A DNA stretch of 64,000 nt from the NCBI GenBank assembly GCA_035273165.1, contig DATEPP010000139.1, positions 158-64,157 on the forward strand, written 5' to 3'. Below, in pieces: positions 62,371 to 64,000 of the stretch. A program made the position numbers and the translations under genes. The notes below the pieces were generated by a model. That model ran no database searches, had not been told where the DNA came from, and saw only the letters and a list, made by a program, of their open reading frames with translations. The first letter of the stretch is position 1. Each line of letters begins with the position of its first letter. This stretch comes from Gemmatimonadaceae bacterium (lineage in GTDB: Bacteria; Gemmatimonadota; Gemmatimonadetes; Gemmatimonadales; Gemmatimonadaceae).

Positions 62371-62880
62371 ATGTACAAGCGCATCCTGGTACCGCTCGAG
62401 CACTCGCCGTACGACGAGACGATTCTCGCGCACGTTCGGAAGCTCGCCCTTCACACCGGCGCATCCCTGGTGCTCATTCATGTCGCCGACGGATGGGCCG
62501 CGCGCAACGTGAAGCAGCTTCACCTCCGCGAATCGGAGGAGATGCGCGAGGATCGCGAGTACCTCGAGCAGATCGCCGACTCGCTCGAGAGCGAAGGTGT
62601 CGCTGCCGAGTGCCTGCTCGCCGCGGGGAATCCTGGGGCCGAGATCGCCGAAGCGGCGACACGCGAGGACTGCGATCTCATCGCGATGTCGACGCATGGG
62701 CACCGCTTCCTGCAGGATCTTCTGTACGGCAGCGTCGCCAACGAGGTGCGCCACATCTCACGCGTTCCCGTGCTGCTCGTCCGCGCGGAGCGCCGACCGT
62801 CGGGTCCGCGACCCGCGCTCACGACGGCCGACGAAGCTTCTGGCCGCCCCACGCCGTTGCGAGACGGGAACACGCCGTGA
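62371..62880 (+). CDS. Universal stress protein (UspA family)
   Basis: ATG follows aaggag. MYKRILVPLEHS...DLIAMSTHG...GSVANEVRHISRVPVLLV. Confidence 0.8.
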   Translation: MYKRILVPLEHSPYDETILAHVRKLALHTGASLVLIHVADGWAARNVKQLHLRESEEMREDREYLEQIADSLESEGVAAECLLAAGNPGAEIAEAATREDCDLIAMSTHGHRFLQDLLYGSVANEVRHISRVPVLLVRAERRPSGPRPALTTADEASGRPTPLRDGNTP

Positions 62881-63647
62881 TGATGGTGAAGACCGCGCCG
62901 CCGCTCACCGCGCCAGTCGAGGATTATCTCAAGACCATCTTCGAGATCGAGCGCGCCGACGCGGCGGCCAGCGGACGTCCCGAACATCCACCAGTCGCTG
63001 GCACCAACGAGATCGCGCAGGCACTCGGCATCGCGCCCGCATCTGTAACCGGCATGCTGCGCCGGCTCGCCGAGCAGGGCCTCATCAGCTACGAGCGGTA
63101 TCGCGGCGTGCGTCTGTCCGACGCCGGCCGCCGGGCCGCCCTTCGCACGATTCGTCGCCACCGGGTGATCGAGGCGTATCTCACGAACGCACTCGACTAC
63201 CCCTGGGATCGAGTGCACGAGGAAGCGGAGCGACTCGAGCACGCGGCTTCCGACGAGCTCATCGATCGAATGGCGGCCGCTATCGGTGAGCCGACGACTG
63301 ATCCGCATGGCGCGCCGATTCCGACGCGGGAGGGCACCATGGATGCGAGGCCAGTCCTTGCCCTCGCGGACGTGGATGTTGGGCACGTCGTTCGGATCCG
63401 GATGGTCGGAGATCGCGATCCCGAACGATTGCGCTATCTCGCGGAGCTGGGCATCACGCCGGGTGCTGACGTCCGGGTGGTCGCGCGTGCTCCATTTGGG
63501 GGTCCGATTACCTTGCGCATCGTGCGCGAGGGGAATGAAGGCTCGCGCGTCGCCGGCCGCACCAGCCGCGGCGACCGGGAGAGCGCAATTGGACCGAGTC
63601 TCGCCGCGCAGGTTTTTGTCGAGACCCGTCGCAAGCGCGAGGCGTAG
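62880..63647 (+). CDS. mntR: DtxR-family manganese-dependent transcriptional regulator (MntR-like) with C-terminal FeoA/SH3-like domain
   Basis: HTH (EIAQALGIAPASVTGMLRRLAEQGLI) and metal-site region RHRVIEAYL...HEEAERLEH. ATG overlaps the usp stop. Confidence 0.8.
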   Translation: MMVKTAPPLTAPVEDYLKTIFEIERADAAASGRPEHPPVAGTNEIAQALGIAPASVTGMLRRLAEQGLISYERYRGVRLSDAGRRAALRTIRRHRVIEAYLTNALDYPWDRVHEEAERLEHAASDELIDRMAAAIGEPTTDPHGAPIPTREGTMDARPVLALADVDVGHVVRIRMVGDRDPERLRYLAELGITPGADVRVVARAPFGGPITLRIVREGNEGSRVAGRTSRGDRESAIGPSLAAQVFVETRRKREA

Positions 63648-63702
63648 CCAACGGAACAAAGATTGCCCGAATCCACGCCGAATCCAGCAGCGGAGTCTGC
63701 GC

Positions 63703-64000
63703 GTGGCCCTCGAACGAATTCCGACCGACCCCGACGCGGGGATTCCGGACCTCATCCGGCAGCTTGGCGACGACTCGAAGCGACTCGTGGCCGACGAGGT
63801 CCGGTTGGCGAAGCTCGAGATGAAGGAGAGCGTTCAGCGCGCCGGCACTGGAGCGGTGCAGCTCGCGGTTGCCTTCGGCGTCGGCGTGGTGATGCTCGTT
63901 GCGCTGACGATCTTTCTCGCGACGTTGATCGGCCGCATCGCGGCTGGCCACATGTGGGTCGGCGCGCTCGTCACCGGAATCATCGAGCTCGGGCTCGCCG
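63703..64000 (+). CDS. Phage-holin-family (Holin-X/DUF1469-like) membrane protein, 3' end outside the window
   Basis: Not in the ORF track because there is no stop inside the window. I translated from GTG 63703: VALERIPTDPDAGIPDLIRQLGDDSKRLVADEVRLAKLEMKES...AVQLAVAFGVGVVMLVALTIFLATLIG.... Confidence 0.5.
   Translation, partial: MALERIPTDPDAGIPDLIRQLGDDSKRLVADEVRLAKLEMKESVQRAGTGAVQLAVAFGVGVVMLVALTIFLATLIGRIAAGHMWVGALVTGIIELGLA

Noticed and set aside
1-64000. tRNA, rRNA, tmRNA, riboswitches, transposases and integrases.
   Set aside because: I scanned intergenic regions for T-loop-like GGTTCGAAT motifs and other RNA hallmarks, and scanned ORFs for DDE, tyrosine or serine recombinase motifs. 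I found none. Absence by eye is not proof, and Infernal/tRNAscan should confirm it.

Overview
High-GC (roughly 68-70% by eye) bacterial chromosomal window, densely coding on both strands. Gene content is loosely Gemmatimonadota/Acidobacteria-like, which is inference only. I found no rRNA, tRNA, CRISPR array, transposase or integrase. Recognisable content: the imuA-imuB-dnaE2 SOS mutagenesis cassette; an ECF sigma/anti-sigma pair followed by four tandem DUF4097 paralogs; a nine-gene plus-strand accessory block (GNAT, DUF3565, FRG, barstar-like); an sdhCAB-type succinate dehydrogenase operon; mscL; a sensor histidine kinase and a degenerate Ser/Thr kinase; a two-gene SNF2 helicase + PglX/Eco57I-like N6-adenine methyltransferase module; an mntH-usp-mntR manganese locus; and assorted metabolic and transport genes. 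Three signals stand out. (1) The asymmetric octamer CGTTAGGC/GCCTAACG occurs at least 39 times in both orientations, against about 2-3 expected. It sits inside CDSs in every stop-free frame, where it forces rare TTA/CTA/AGG codons, and it repeatedly supplies or abuts stop codons. One 12-kb tract lacks it entirely. (2) A family of heptanucleotide-repeat arrays and hairpins, (GGTGGCT)n, (GGGACGC)n and (CACCTAG)n, several of them G-quadruplex-capable, is inserted in-frame into dnaE2 and imuA and also lies in intergenic DNA. (3) The nuclease-less helicase-methyltransferase pair is a candidate non-canonical defence or epigenetic module. Starts were chosen by eye from signal peptides, RBS-like sequences and overlaps, and are less certain than stops. 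Many long ORFs in the track are antisense shadows typical of GC-rich DNA.
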